From: Halocafeteria seosinensis
Lineage: Eukaryota
Assembly: GCA_001687465.1 (NCBI GenBank)
Contig: LVLI01000005.1
Coordinates: 310,001 to 374,000, forward strand
DNA length: 64,000 nt
Reading direction: 5' to 3'
The position numbers and the translations under genes are program-made. The notes beneath the pieces were generated by a model, which saw only the letters and a list, made by a program, of their open reading frames with translations, did no database searches and was not told the DNA's origin. Within the stretch, counting starts at the first letter, position 1. Every line of letters starts with the position of its first letter. This document shows, in pieces, positions 38,901 to 53,900 of the stretch.

Positions 38901-41900
38901 CTTCGATGAGCATCTTTCCAAAACATTTAGCCTCTGTATCGGGGGGCTGTGTATGAACGTCCTGGAGAATGTGACAGTCCAAGAAGAGATAATTGAACTA
39001 TCATCTTCCTCGACCGACAAGCGCGATCTACCAAGGATACGCCATGGCTTTGCTCTTTCCAATTCAAGCGGAACAGTAGTGCTTGCGTTGTCCCTCAGTA
39101 GCTCCGGTTTACGTCCACAATGCGAATTTTCCAGGCAGATAATTGTGAATGGTGTTAGGGGTTTCAACGGATATGAGTACTGCACATTGCCAGCAGATGT
39201 GTTACCCAGCCAGTTCACCGGAGTGCTGTTTCAGCATATCCCAGATCGGCGTGTTTTCCCTGAGAATTGCTATTTTGTCGGCGGTAATTGCATCTTACCT
39301 GTCGTAAACCATTCTCTCCCTTCTTTGCAAGGAGAATGCGAGAACAATCGGAGCTATGCGCAGTCCATAAAGCCAAACGTAATGGTTGCACCCGCTATTT
39401 CTTTCATTCAGCCTACGCAGATTGTCAACGGCATTGAGCATAATATTTTTGTAAAGACTGCTGACGATCATCCTCTCTTGAGCTGTGAATATGAATGCTT
39501 GCCGACCTCGAGGAAGAAGGTCACCATGGCTATACCTGCTACAGAAAATGGGCACCTTTGCGCTGTGCAATGCGCAAACGGCTCGCGAGAAGTTAAACTA
39601 ACAGTTGCCATTGCGGGTATCCAGAAATCGCGAGAGATCACACTGCCGGCTGTTGACTTTGGTCAACACAAACTAAGCAGTTCATGCATATTGGCAAATT
39701 TACACTCTCGGATTCAAATCTCCCACTCAGCGCAGACAGTATTCAAGAGACCGGTGTGCTATTTCAACGAAATCGCGGTCGCGGGATTCTCGATTACCCC
39801 AAACATCATTCAATGTGAAACCCCTAAGTTTCCCGAGGACCATCGCGAGGTTGATTTCGCACTGTCTTTTTCTCATTCAAATTGCTTTAGTCCTGTGAGG
39901 AAGAGCATACGAGTTTTACCAGAAGTAACGTCAAACGTTATATCCGGACGCGTTGACGGAGAAGTGCTCGAGATTTTCATCCGCAGAGACGACTCTCGTC
40001 TGGAGGAGGGGTGTACGCCGATGCAGTGCCACATCAAACCTTCAGGCACCATTGATGCTCCGATATTGAGCAGTTCACGTCGGCTAAATGGGACACACCT
40101 AGTATGTTCTATACAATCACCTGAACCCAGGGCATCCGAAGTCTATGCAGCTTTTTCCATAAGTGGCAGTGGCCCGACTGCGTTCCGAAGAGTCTATTTG
40201 AACCATGAGAAGGTGGTCACTCCGCTTGCAGTCCAACCGGCAATGTTTTTTGATAGTTACAGCGGAGCTGTCAGTATCGAACTTAAGGAAGTCACACGTC
40301 CCGATGATATGAAGGGATGGAGATGTATCTTCCGAAGCCAAACGTCGAGCGCTACCTCGCGTGCACGACTGATCACTTCAAATATAATCTCGTGCAGTCC
40401 TGGTTTGTTAGCATTCGGGAGGTACAATGTAAGCCTCGTTGATGGAGGAAGCAAGCTTCATTCAAGTGTTCTTCCGCTTACCGTAATCAAGACTCCTCGA
40501 CTTACTGGCGTATCAACGAGACACTATCAAAGCCTTAGGGTAACGGGATATGGATTTCTTGAGGGTGTCTTGTCTTGTCAGCTCTGCGGGAGCCTGCTCG
40601 CCGGAAGTTTCAGATCTAGAACAGAGGTTTCGTGCTTCATACCTCTTGAAATGGGAAATTTTGAGAATTGTCCCGTAACTGTGGAGTATTTGGACCCTCC
40701 TGGAAAAATTATCGGATCTTCAGTAGTTTCTCCGCAGCATGAGCCATGCAAAGAGAAACGACTCGTCGAAACAACCGAATACATAGTGGTTGACTACGCC
40801 GAGCCAGAACTCTTCTTAGACCACATCCAATGCTGGATAAACGACGTTGAAGTGGACATAAGAAGAGCGGAGAACTCCATAGCTTGTAGTCTTCCCCAAG
40901 TATCAGAGGGAAGAAGCAGAAGTATGGTAGAGCTTGTCCTAAAGAAGGATTCTGTGGTAGAAGAGTGTTTACATGTTAAATTCGTCCCTACTCCAGTCCC
41001 CATATCCGTGGACCCTTCGCTGGTAGTATATGGTAGTCATGAGACACTACGTGTTCAAGGCACCCGTTTCTTCGAAGATGTTCGGTACCAGGCCTTTGTG
41101 CCGGGCGAAAGCACAGTGTTGGACTGTTTGGTTCGTAGTTCTACTTCACTGGATTGCGACTTTTCTCCCAGCCGTACGGGACTGCATGCTTTGTCGTTGG
41201 CATCGGGAACTCCTGTGAATGAATCCATTCTGGAGTTGGTTGTGGTTGAGCCGGTGAAACTTCATACCACCCAATCGAACTGTGATGAAGCCTGCCACAT
41301 ATCTGTATCATTTTTTGGGACAGGCTTTTGTGATAACGTTCCCATCCAATGTGTGGCCGACAATCAGTCGTATGTATTTCCAAGCCTTAGCCGAAACTGT
41401 CGGAGCTTGTCCTGCTCCTTTCAAAAAAGCAGCATTGCAAGTGTGGCTGTTAGTTTCCAGAGCGGGGCGACTATGATGTCCATTATAGGGCCCCGAACGT
41501 GTTGTTGGAACTACGCTCCACCCCAGGTGGTATTTCTGGAGCCTGAAAGCCAGTGGAACGAAGATGTTCCAATGTACCATGTTCAGGAGGCCCAAATGGA
41601 GTATGAAACTGCAGAAACCCTGTTGCTTCAAATTGAGGGGCACGGGTTCTCGAGTATCCAGGTTCCCCGTTGTGTGGTTACCGGAGTTAATATGGCCATC
41701 AATATTTCGCTAGCTTGCGGAGTCTTGCATGATTCATTAATTGAAGCACATGAAGTTAAGCTTGTTCCCGCAGTGTATCAAGTTGCTCTGCTGGATCTCT
41801 CGAATGGAAGGAGTAGCAACACAGTCACTTGCATACTGGATCCCGTGCCGACGATTTCATTCTTCCTCCCGCGTATTGTCCAAGATACCGGGGGAGGCAT

Positions 41901-44900
41901 TGTATCTGTTCGTGGAAGCAACTTTGTCAGGCGGATTAAATTTCAGTGCCACATTGGAAGCTTTGTGATACCCGCCGTTGTACGTGACTCGACGACTATA
42001 TATTGTCGCCTTCCATCTCTACAGCCCAACTCAAGTGTACGCGTTGGGATCGCTACCTCTAAGCTTCTCTTGGAAGCCGACGGCAACTTGCAGGTGATAT
42101 CGAATGACATCATTGTACAGGATCTGCTCGTTACGAAATGGAAGGAGCAGGCAATCTACTTTGAGTGCCCGAGCTGCCAGTTGTTTGCTTCGGCGAATTT
42201 ATCCTGTCTCTTCTCTGGGAGAACGAAAGCTGTTTTCCACTTAGACAAGCACTTCTACGAGTGTGTTGTTGTTGTTCCTGCTGACGTCAAAGCAGGAAGC
42301 ATGCTCACGTTTTCCTTACTTCACAATGAATACGGTACAATGCCATTTATGGATACCGTCGGCGTAGTCGCAGCGCCCGAGGTATGGGACTATTCCCCGA
42401 AGGTGCTAGCAAGGACACGAGACACAACATTTTCCTTATTCGGGATCTTCCCTTCAAGCGCAAATTTAAGTTGCGTCCTTGGAAGGCGCTCGTGTAATAC
42501 TGTGGCTATACTCACGTCCCAGATGCGTTGCATATGTTCCCCGGACGCTAGTCACAGCGTTCTCCCTCTTACGCTCTGGTTAGGAAATCGGTTACTACTA
42601 ACATTGGGAAGCGTGCCGCAAACTTTCTATAAGGTCGTTCACTCAGTTGAGAGTGTTATCGAACAGAGTTTTGCGTATTTTGATATCCAAGGAAAGAACC
42701 TGGACTCTCGCTCAATACAGTGCCGACTGAACCTGGGCTCTCCTCGCTCCGCACTGTGCTCTACTCAATCAATGTGCGGTTGTGGATTCTTCTTTGAGAA
42801 CAATGGTAGCCAGATCCTTCTTGATATATTTGAGGATAGTCACTTCCTCTGGAGACATAGACCGGAGCCCACTTCCCGGGGGAGCCAGGTACGTGGTTCT
42901 GAAAGTGCGGTATTGAACCAACCACCATCGATGATCGTCGACTCCTCAACGCCTCTCCTTGGTAGTGGCATTGGACTTGATTTTCGATATCGTCAAGCGG
43001 AAGGATGTAAGATTACTTGCTGCTTGCTGGAGCAGTGCGTGGGTGCAACGACAATTGCGCCAGGAAGAGGCATATGCCGGTTTCCTCAACGGTTTGGCAG
43101 CTCGGCCCTGATTCATGTATTGTGCGGGATAAAAACCGTCCATAGATCCGCTCTACCGACGCCGCTCAGGGAATCCGAAAGTGTTGTGTACGTTGATTCT
43201 CTTGCTCCAATTCCACTTTCGTGGTCGTATTGGCCTGATCTTTCGCCCGTATCGCGAAACATGGACTGTTATGCTGGAAACAAAGTCATTGGATATATTT
43301 CTTTTGGGGGAGATGAAATATATTGTCATCCTGACAGAGAAAATGTCGTATTCAATTCTATACAAGAAACCCTTGACGCCACTATCACGGCAAAGACCAG
43401 CGCTGGTACCGTTCTCGCTTTCCGGAATGTGGTTTTCCGACGGCCACCTATGCTTACGGACTTTACAACGGTGTACGTGGCCGCTAACGAGTCTGCATAT
43501 ATCCGCTTGGATGGCTTCTTCCCTGTATCGTCTGATCTCCAGTGCCTGGTGGACGGGCGTTCGTCGTTTCCTCCAGTTGTCGAGGCCGATAGCGTCTTCT
43601 GTAAAGTTCGCCTTCCAGCTGGGGAGCACACACTGAGCATAGCTCTAAGCGGAGACAACAACACCCACTCCGCGCAACGTGTGGTAACAGCTGTTCCTCG
43701 CCTCAGGATATACAAGATTGAGCAATACATTGACTCTTCAGAGATCCTTGTGCTCAGACTTGCCACGAGTGATCTTTCGTCACTTCAGCGACCGATATGT
43801 TTGGTTAACGGGAAGAGCTACTTGGCACGTGTGATCACTTCTCGAATAATATCATGTTCGATTTCCACCTCTGCGGAACGATTGAATATTTCAATTGGGG
43901 CGTCAACGAATGAACGCCAACCATTAAGTGAGGAACAGGCTGTCCCTCGACAGGAACTTCCGAGGGTTTTGACGTTTTCACCAGCTGTACTACATTCCGG
44001 AATGGTACGAGAAATGAAGGTTACACTTGATACCGCTATATCTTCTGCGACTTTGGCGATACAACCAAAACACAAAGAGTTGTTCTCGGCTACATTTGCT
44101 TCTGCAGATAGAAAGATACTTATCTTCCACGTCATGATTAAAGCATGCGCCTCGTTACTCAGTGCCGATCTGTCGCTTCGAATACGGACGAATTTTGTCC
44201 GTATTACCCACCAATTGCCATGTGCTACTGCTCTGTCTCTAACCTCAGTTTCTCCTTCAACAGCACGTACAGGGGAGGATGTTGTTGTAAAAGGGAGCAA
44301 CTTCCGACGAGTGTCCGCATACTTCTGTGCGTTTATAGGGGACCGTACTAGGGTGATAAGTAAAGCAGTCTATTTGTCTCCTTCGCTACTCCACTGTACG
44401 CTTCTCGAAATCGAACCGGGAACCTATCAGTTGGAAGTGAAAGACGAGTTTGGAAGCGTCAGCAGAGACGCGTTAAGTTTTACCGTCGTAGGCCCGGCGC
44501 GGATCACAGGCTGTAGCCCTTGTGTTGGATCTCAACTTGGAGGAACGAAAATAACCGTGACTGGTCAGAATTTTCTTCCTTCGGACCAAATCTTCTGCCA
44601 ATTTGGAGAATCTCATTCGAGAGCTTTGGTGACAGGCTCGGAGCAAATCGTGTGTCGAAGCCCTCCTGTAATTGAAAATTCCCTTTTCGCTGGTACTAAT
44701 CTCACGGTTTCATCCAGAACCACAGTGGATGGTAGTCTCCCCTTTTCCTTCTATCGCATTCCCACCGTGCTCAGTGTTACCCCTACTGTTCAGGTATTCG
44801 GAGATAAGTCTCCAATACAGATAGTCCTCAAAGAGCCAATTTCTCCGATGCCTATTCCTGCTACATGTAGGTTCTCAATCGCAGGGAGTAAAGAGGTCAT

Positions 44901-47900
44901 GGACGAAACGGATGGAATCACTGATGGAACGGTAGTGCAATGCACTGCTCCTTCTACCAAGAAACTACGGCGTAGTGACGAAGAGATGTTTTCTGTTCTC
45001 ATTCATTTTTCGTTGGATAGCGGAGATCATTTCTTTCAAAGTGGGACCCAAGTAAGAGTAATACCATCCCCCACACTGGATCGTTTCGAGCCTTCATCAG
45101 GCCCGGTGATTGGTGGAACAAGTGTGAACGTGTTTGGGAAACATTTCTCTCAACTAGAAGGACTTGTATGCACGTTTGGGGATATTTCAGTCGTACCCAT
45201 GTTTGTTTCAACTACGCAAATTGTATGCATGTCACCTGCGCAAACTTTGGCAGGCGATGTCCTCTTATCAATTTCCTTCGGAAACGTGAGCAGTTACAGT
45301 GACAGACCCTTCACATACTATTTTCCAGAACACATTGAATCAATTCATCCACTCCGTGTTGATAGAGACGGAGGAGAGACGTTGGTATTCCGTGGAAGCA
45401 ATTTCGGCAGCTTTCCGGAACTAAGCTGCTCTTTTGGCTCATCAAGAATTAGGGCGACGTTTGTTAATGACTCGACGGTCGCCTGTCGAACGCCAATGCA
45501 TCCGACCGGGAAGGTAGTTGTTTCCCTGGCAAATAATGGGCAGAATTTTGTTCAGTCAGATGTTGTAGTCACGGTGGAAGAGACCGCAGTGATCTCTTCG
45601 GTCACTCCAAGTCTGGGATTAGTTACCGGTGGTTTCGTGATGTATATCATGGGATCCAATTTTCGTAACTCTGACTCTCTGATTTGTTCTGTGGGTGACG
45701 CCCGAGTGGGTTGTACTTTCTGCAATGAGAGCGCGATCAAAGTATTCGCCCCGCCTTCACCATCGGGTTTAGCTGAGTCGTTCGCAGTAGAGATTTCTCT
45801 CAATGGGCGCGACTTTAGTTCTAATTTGAAACAGCTTCACTATTATCTGGAGCCTCGTATTCTTCATGTTGTTCCTGGGATTTTTTGGGCGAACGAAAAG
45901 AGTACTATTCAGATTACGGGTAGAAACTTTCTTTCTACCCGCTCCTTGATGTGTAGAGTCACGAGCCTGGTTGATAATACTTCCTCGAGTGTATCGCACC
46001 AATCGGAGGCCCAGTTTTTGAGTTCATCTAGACTAAGTTGCTCGATACCACCATTGGCTATCGACACTTATCTTGTACAGATTTCTTTTAACGGAAGAGA
46101 CTTCCATCCAACAATCTCCGAAGAGCTACTCAGTCAAGATATCAGGGGGGTGCATCCTCAAATCGCCTTCGACGTCGTTAGTCCAATCGACCTTCAAACT
46201 GTGGCTCCATTGGACGGTGTGGTTTACCCTGGGTCACTGGTGCTACTGCGTGCTGCAGGGCTACCACCTGCAGGTGTGATCAATGTAATCTGTCTAATGG
46301 GTTCTACGATCACCCATGGGACTGTCTCTGGAGACGTAGTAGAATGCAAGGTACCGACGATTCTTCTGGATGAAATGCTCTTTCTGTCCCTAAGCCTCAA
46401 CGGACAGCAGCTATCTGAGGTGATCGCTTTACACGTTGCCAAACCTCCGGTGATTCAACAACTTGCACCGGCGCTGTTGATCACTACCAAAGCTACAACT
46501 GTTACTGTTAAAAGCGAGCTACGCAGCGTCGTTGATGTTGAGTGCAGCTTCTTCGAGGGGTTGTCAAAGCTATCTGTGAGATCTAATGCCGTGCTCATAG
46601 ATAATAGTACGCTGCAGTGTGTCGGACCAACTTTATCAAACTTTATTAGGGAGACTGGTGTTTTGGTCAGAAATTTTGGCTCAGGGGATGCCTTCCGGAA
46701 CACAATAAAGCTCCCTTCGATACACCTCCGATTACTCGTTAGGGGCGTTACCCTCTCATCAAACTCCATGCCTATTCAGTTTGTTTCCCCTCCCGCTTTG
46801 TGGGCTATTATGCCGGAAATTTGGTTGGAAAACAATTCCATGGTGACGATTGACGGATTTTTCCCGCTTAACTCTGATGGTCTATCTTGTAAGATACGTA
46901 AGAGAGCTTCAAAAGAAACGGTGGACACATCTCGCTTGCTTGTGTCCGAGGAGTCTAAAGCCACCTGTACTTTCCCCCACGGTGTGTTCACTCCTGACAG
47001 GTACTTGTTAGAGTTGACTGTAGCAGGAGTTACGGGGAATTTCGGGTCGGTGGATTTCGAGGTTGTAATATCTCCAAAACCAGAAAGTGTCACCCCAAAT
47101 ACTTTCTCTGCCGACACATACACTTTGCTGAGCATTTTTGGGGCCAATTTTATGGCTCGGAATTCCTTACGAGGGGCAACAGACGGAGGACTCACCAGCT
47201 CTGCCGCGTGGCATTGCAGGGTGAACGAAGTATCCTTTGTGGCCAGCGTAGTCAGCGATCAAGAACTGCGGTGTTATATCCCTCCTCAGAGCGCTGAATT
47301 GACACGACTTAGACTGATGTTCAATGGTGCTCTCTTATCGTCTTGGGAACAACTTATGCCAGTGAGGAGGGGTGTAGTGATAACGAGTGTTCACCCAAAG
47401 ATATTCACCACAGGGGAAATTCGTACTTCGGTAAGACTCGCTCCTACGAACAAAACCCCTTCTCTCTGTTCCATAGGACCTATTCAGTCTCTCATAAGCT
47501 CTTGCGGCTTAGATGACTGGGGCATCATATGTGGATGCAACGTATCGTTTGGTTTTGCAAGAGGGAGCCTGAGTTGGGGAACAATTCCATTATCTATTGG
47601 GTTTGAGGATGGAACTCAGACGACAAACGCCATTGGTATCAGAGTGCTTCCCCAACCAGTGGTGACCTATATCGACGCTTCGGAGCTTGGAAACAACAAT
47701 AACGGGCTTTTGAGAATTCGAGGGTTTGGATTTGTCAATAGCAACGCGTTGAGGTGTGTTTTCTCCGTTGGACGGAAGTTGTCTTTCAGAGTTGTTCCGA
47801 TTTTCAACTCATCAAGAGAGCTCTACTGCCCGCTTGAAGCCAAACATATCAACAGCATAGGTTCTACAAACAGTGTCCTTGATGTAAGAGCCGGAGTCAC

Positions 47901-50900
47901 CAACGATAATTCTTCGGTTGTATGGTATGCTCTTCCCGTTGTAACCTCGAATTCCTTTTCTCTGAGTGGATTAAGTCCGACGGTAGTGAGTCCTCAGGGT
48001 GGTACAATTGTTTCGATAACGGGGTCACGCTTTTATGGAAGCCAAGCCTCATGTGTCGTTGGAATTCAAGAGGTTCCTGCAACTTTGGTCTCACAAACGA
48101 TGCTACAATGCCTCACTGTGCCAAACCGAGATCTACATCGTCAATTCTATGCCATCTGGGTGAAAATAGATGGGGTCTGGTCTAAGAACTCGCTAAACTA
48201 TTCATATCACAGTCCACTGCAGCTTTCGTCTATTTTACCTAGCTCTGGTCCAAGCAGTGGCAATACTACAGTGAATATTCTACTGCGGGGAGCTGGGAAC
48301 TTCCGCCGAGTGTTCTGCAAGTTCGGGGAAAGTGTAGTCCAAGGAACTGGAATCGGCGAAACGATTACCTGTGTCACCCAGGCCACCGAACTAGCAGAAC
48401 CCGTGGACGTAACTGTGTCCGTAGACGGCCAGGTATTTTCTGCGTCTGCCCTTCGTTATACGTTCTATTCTACTCCTATAGTGACTTCCCTCAGCCCGAG
48501 AGAAAGTTGGTCTGGCGTACCCCTACGGATAAGGGTATCAGGACTGCAATTCTTCTGCTCACCAAATCTGACCTGCAGCTTCGGAGCAACATCGTCTCCC
48601 GGTCGCTGTATACCTGGTTTCATTCTGTGTACGTTTCCAGCTATGTCTCCAATGGAGGGGCCAATATCCCTGAGCTTCAACGGTAAAGACAAAGAAACGT
48701 CTAGCCATTTCGACATGATAGTATCGAAACACCCGACAGTCTCTTCAGTGTCCCCGATGGTTCTTGTAGCTAACCTGAAGAAGGACATCAGGATTGAGGG
48801 GAATAGTTTCGGGATCGGTACCTGGTATTGCGTATTCGAGGGGAAGAGAGTAAAAGCTTTGCGCCTTAGTGAAAGTGAAATGCTTTGTTCGGTGACACCT
48901 GAGTCTCCGTCGCACAATGCTTCGCTTGGTATAGAGTTGCAGGGGGTTGGGCTACTCGAAGCCGCTACTGGTCTGAGAGTAACCAGTATATTTGACAGTT
49001 CTGAATCTCGGTTAACTAAGTATGCGATGTTCCGGGATGATGGTAGGAACGACGTTCTTCATGTTTCGGTTGAGCGTGCGGCTGCAGACACGGGAAACTG
49101 CTTTATCGGAGACTTGCAACTGCCTACTACTGTTTCGAACGCGTCCGCAAACTTAGTCTGTCAAGTTGATCGAGCTGCATTTCCTCGCATAAAAAACAGC
49201 TTTGTCTTGGGAGTCGCTTATCCCTCTGTCGTATCTTCTCAAGTACATGTGAAGGTTTTACAAAGGCCCATTGTCACCATGGTTGAACCTCTCGTTGCAT
49301 CAACAAGCGGAACAACATTATTGAGTTTGGTAGGAGACCAGTTTCCCTCTCACGGCATCGAATGTATGATAGGAGACGAAGTCGTAGCGGCAGCTCAGGT
49401 CAACCCACAGCTTCTAAGTTGCCGAGCCCCGAGTCGTAGACCAGGAGTTGTACCTGTAACTCTATTGCTATCAAATGGATCATCCTTTTTCAGCGGATTC
49501 CATATTGAATATAGAGTTCCGCCCCAAATTTTCCAGATGTCCCCTTCGTCGGGATCAATTACTGGAGGTACTTTGGTAACGGTCGTTGGAAGTGGCTTCT
49601 CAAAGCGGAATAACATGACATGCAACTTCGGAACGGTTGACACGCCTGCTGTAGATGTCGAAAATGAAAATCAGATGCGTTGCTTATCACCGCCCTTCGT
49701 TGCACCTCGAGCTGTTCCGTTTTCTGTGTCAATTGGACCGATTAGCTCCCCCGCTGCTGCAGAAGCTTTCTTGTACACCTTTAACCCGATAATTCGGCGA
49801 CTGACCCCTTCTACAGTAGCTACGGGAGAGCCGTCTGTCGTGCTTGTGTTTGGGTATTTTCCAGCCCTCGAAGATGTCACACAAGATGGTTCCTGTAGAT
49901 TTGGTGAATTTATGTCCCCGATGCGTGTGTTGTCCCTAACGCTGGTGGAATGCGCCCCCCATTTCCCTAAGGGTATTCGAGGCTTTACCTCTCCTCTGGA
50001 GCTCACATTCAATGGGCTTGACTTCTTCACCTCCGGACTAAGTATTACTGTCAAAGAATCAATTGAGATACTTAGTATATCACCTTCGACGGGCAGCGTC
50101 TCTGGCGGAACGGTCGTAACTCTTCGAGGTAATGGTTTTGTGAATTCAATCTTCCTGACTTGCAGGTTTGGCAACGTGGTAGTTTCAGCTTGGTATATCA
50201 ACTCAACGAATGCGTTTTGTGCATCTCCGCCGAAAATCCCGGGGAGCACACCGCTTTCTTTGTCAAACAATGGTCTTGATTTTTCCAACAGTCTTGATTT
50301 CGCTTATTTCGAAGATCCCTCTGTCTTCGATTTGTTCCCGCAGTACACGTTATTTACAGGACAGGTACCTGTCATGGTCAGGGGAGCGCATTTTAGAAAT
50401 ACGACCGACTTGCAGTGCAGTTTTTCAGAGCTTGTCGGATCAACGACGGTTAGAGCAGTGTTCTTATCCTCTTCCCTAGTTGTGTGCTTCGCACCTTCTC
50501 GGATTCTTCAAGGATCTTTCGGCTCTGCCGACCTTATCGTCCCTGTCGAAATCACCAACAATGGATTAGACTACAGTAATAGTCGTAACTTGTTCACGTT
50601 CTTCAGTGTGTGCCCTGTAGGGAGCTACTGCAATCATTTAGAGATCATGCCAGCTCCCAATGGCACATTTTCCTCGGGAACAGGAAATGCTAACTACACA
50701 CTGTGCCCTCCCTCTACGTTCCAGCCTCGGGCTGGGCAATCCCAGTGTCTGCTATGTCCTATTGGATACTTTTGTCCAGATTTTGGGTTGGCTCAGCCGG
50801 TTATTTGTAAAAGTGGTTACGTCTGTGACGAAAAGGGCTTGGTTACTCCGTACCGGCCATGTGTCCCTGGACATTTTTGCAACACAGGATCGAAAACAAA

Positions 50901-53900
50901 CGACCAGTTTGATTTAAAGTTAGATGCTACAAGATTTGGCAAGGATTCCGTAACTTGGACACGCCAGTATAATGGAACTCTTATCTTTAACAGTACATCA
51001 CGAGAGGAAACCAAGGTGGATTCGACTTATCCTGAGGCCCACACACTGGTAGTTCACTGGACCTCTGCAGGTGATGTTCTAGCAGAAATGCCATTTCCGT
51101 GCATGGCTGGTTATTATTGCCGCTCCGGTGTGGCGCATGCCCTACCTTCTTCAAAGAACTTCAGTACTCCTCAGAAGTGTTTCGATGGATTTTTTTGCCC
51201 TGCTGGCTCCGCATCTCCGCAAGGTTCTGGACCATGCCCCACGGGCCACTATTGCCCACCAGGGTTCAGGGCGTTCGTGTGCCCCACTAAACACTATTGT
51301 CCTTCAGTGGGAAATCTTCAGCCTAGAGAATGTGAACCTGGAACCTACAATCCGTTTGAAGGACAGTCAAGATGCGCAGTGTGTCCGAAAGCTCATATAT
51401 GTCCCAGAAAGGCAATGCGGGAACCCATCATTTGCCCTGCGGGCTTCGTGTGCAACGAGAAGGGGCTGATTCTTCCTGTTGTCTTGTGTCCACCAGGCTA
51501 TATCTGTGATTTAGGGACATCAATGCTTCCTTCCGAATCTGAAGGCTTTCAGCCGGACGGAAGAAGATCCTTATCAGAGGTTGAACAGGAGATGATCCGG
51601 CAAGAGATCGTTTTGGAACTGTTAGAGATTCCAAATAGTTCTACGCTTCATATTATTGAATCTATAGATCTCATAGGGACAAAGTGTCAAGCTGGCACAT
51701 TTTGTTTGGGAGGGGTTGCCTCGAACAAGACACTTCCAGCATTGCCAATATTTGGTGTAGAAGGATTGCGATCGCCACAGCCTTGTCCGGATGGTAAATT
51801 TTGTGGTGAAGGCACAACCAGTTCTTCAGGGTCTGATGCTTGTCCTCCAGGACACTACTGCCCCCGGGGTGCTTCCACCCCACTTGCTAGTCTGCGTGGC
51901 ACGTTCTCATCTGGTTCGGGGAGCGTAGCTCCTTCTTTATGTTTCCCTGGTACATATGCTCCGGTCGGGGGTCATGAAAATTGCCGGGTTTGTCCGAGTG
52001 GCTTTAGCTGCGATGGATTCGGTACTTACAGACCCTCCATTTGTCCAAAAGGAACATACCGAAGCCAAGCCGACAGGGCATCCTGTAGGGTATGCCCCCC
52101 GGGAACTTTCTCCGACCGGCTGGGGGCAGTTTCTGTAACTGATTGCCTCCCGTGTCCCGTAGGCAGAATCTGCGGTGAAGCTGCCATCAAAGACTTAGAG
52201 GTTGGATCGACTGCTTGTCCTGAAGGCTTCGTCTGCGGACTATTCACCACTTTAGATTCGATGTTTGACCACACTTGTCCTGCTGGATATTTTTGTTTCG
52301 AAGAAACATCGCCTAGTATGCAGCTAGACAATATCTGTGCTGAAGGCAACTATTGCTTGAGACGAACAAGGGCATTTCTAAGTACACGAAACAAGTGTTT
52401 TGTGAACCACTTCTGCCCGAAGGCTACAGCGGATTCTCAATCCGTGGAAACGCTCTGTCCTCCAGGGACTTCCTCCCCTGCAGGCTCTAGTTCGCTGTTA
52501 CAATGCGAGATAGCTCCAGTTGACGTTTGCGACAAGAGCCCACAAAGGCGATACTATGACACGTTTGAGTACCATTCACAAGGAACCAGACGAGTAATTG
52601 ATGATGAGAATACGGTCGTTCAAGTCCAGAGAATGATTGACCCCATAAATTCCTCCAGGAGCGATCCGTCTTGGAATAACGACACTGTTTTCCTTGAGAC
52701 ATTGTGCCCCTTGGGACTAGACATTTCCGAGGTGGCGGAAGAGACCCCTACCACCAATATCACAGTAGGCGGTGTCGGTTTTGAAGGTCTCTTCCCCTTC
52801 CCCCCTATCTGCAGGTTTGAAGGTGCTGACTCTTCGCCCGTGCAAAATACATTAGGTGTAGTACACACAGATGTCACGATGTCGTGTCCCTTGCCACCGC
52901 AGAGTGAGTTATTGGATCGTCAACATATTAAATTAAGGATTCATGGTATTGGAAGCTCGCAATTTTCCAATTCCTTGGAATTGCCCTTGGATAAACCTCG
53001 AGAGAACAGTGAGGAAGAATGTTTGGACAGTATCGCAGGCCTTGGACTAAAAGCGCTTCAGCTTCCCCAATCGTTTTCTGAACTCCCAACGAAACTGCGA
53101 TGGTTCGCAATGACTGGTTTGTCCACGGCTCGCATAAGTTTCGATTTCACGCATATATCCCGAGAGGTGGTCTACGGTGAACATTTTTCGATAGCCATAT
53201 TTGTAACACCTTCAACCTGCGTGAATACGAAATGCGATGAAACCAGGGAGCTCATTCCTAACAGGGAAGAAAATCAAGAACTTCTTGAAGAATCTCCTTG
53301 TGTCAAGCCAATTGAGCTGAGCCACTGGTTTGAAAGTGATGAAATCGACAAGCATTCAGCTCTCGAACTAGTATTATTTTCTCTGGAGGATTTATTGGTT
53401 CACATCGAGATGCATTTGTTACACGGGTTGTATATCCCTGTTGCTGAAGAGCTGTTTAATACTTCTACAATCTCGGTCACTTCCCCCAATCGAGCAATAA
53501 GTAATCTCGGTGCAGGAGACCGACGGTTGAGACACCTATCCGATCATTTAACGTCGCAGCAGAAACTGGTTCCACAGGAATATATTTTTGTTGTGGTTTT
53601 CACGCGCGGCTCTTTGAGAAGCATATCCGCTCCGCTGAATATGCCTCCCAGATTTGCCGAGCTCGAACGAGGAAGAGTGCTCGTAGGTTTCAACGCGTCT
53701 GAGGGAATACCATGGGTACTTAATGATCCTGAAGAGCTCCAAATAGGGCCAGAGTACTGGGAACCTCCCAGAGGTGAATTATTGGGAAGTATCGACAAGT
53801 ATCGCGAGATATGGCATGAAGTAGACACGGAAAGCGGAAATCCACAGTACAGATTCGAACGGTTGTTGCTTCCGTTCTTCCCTTACTTATCAAGTTGTCG

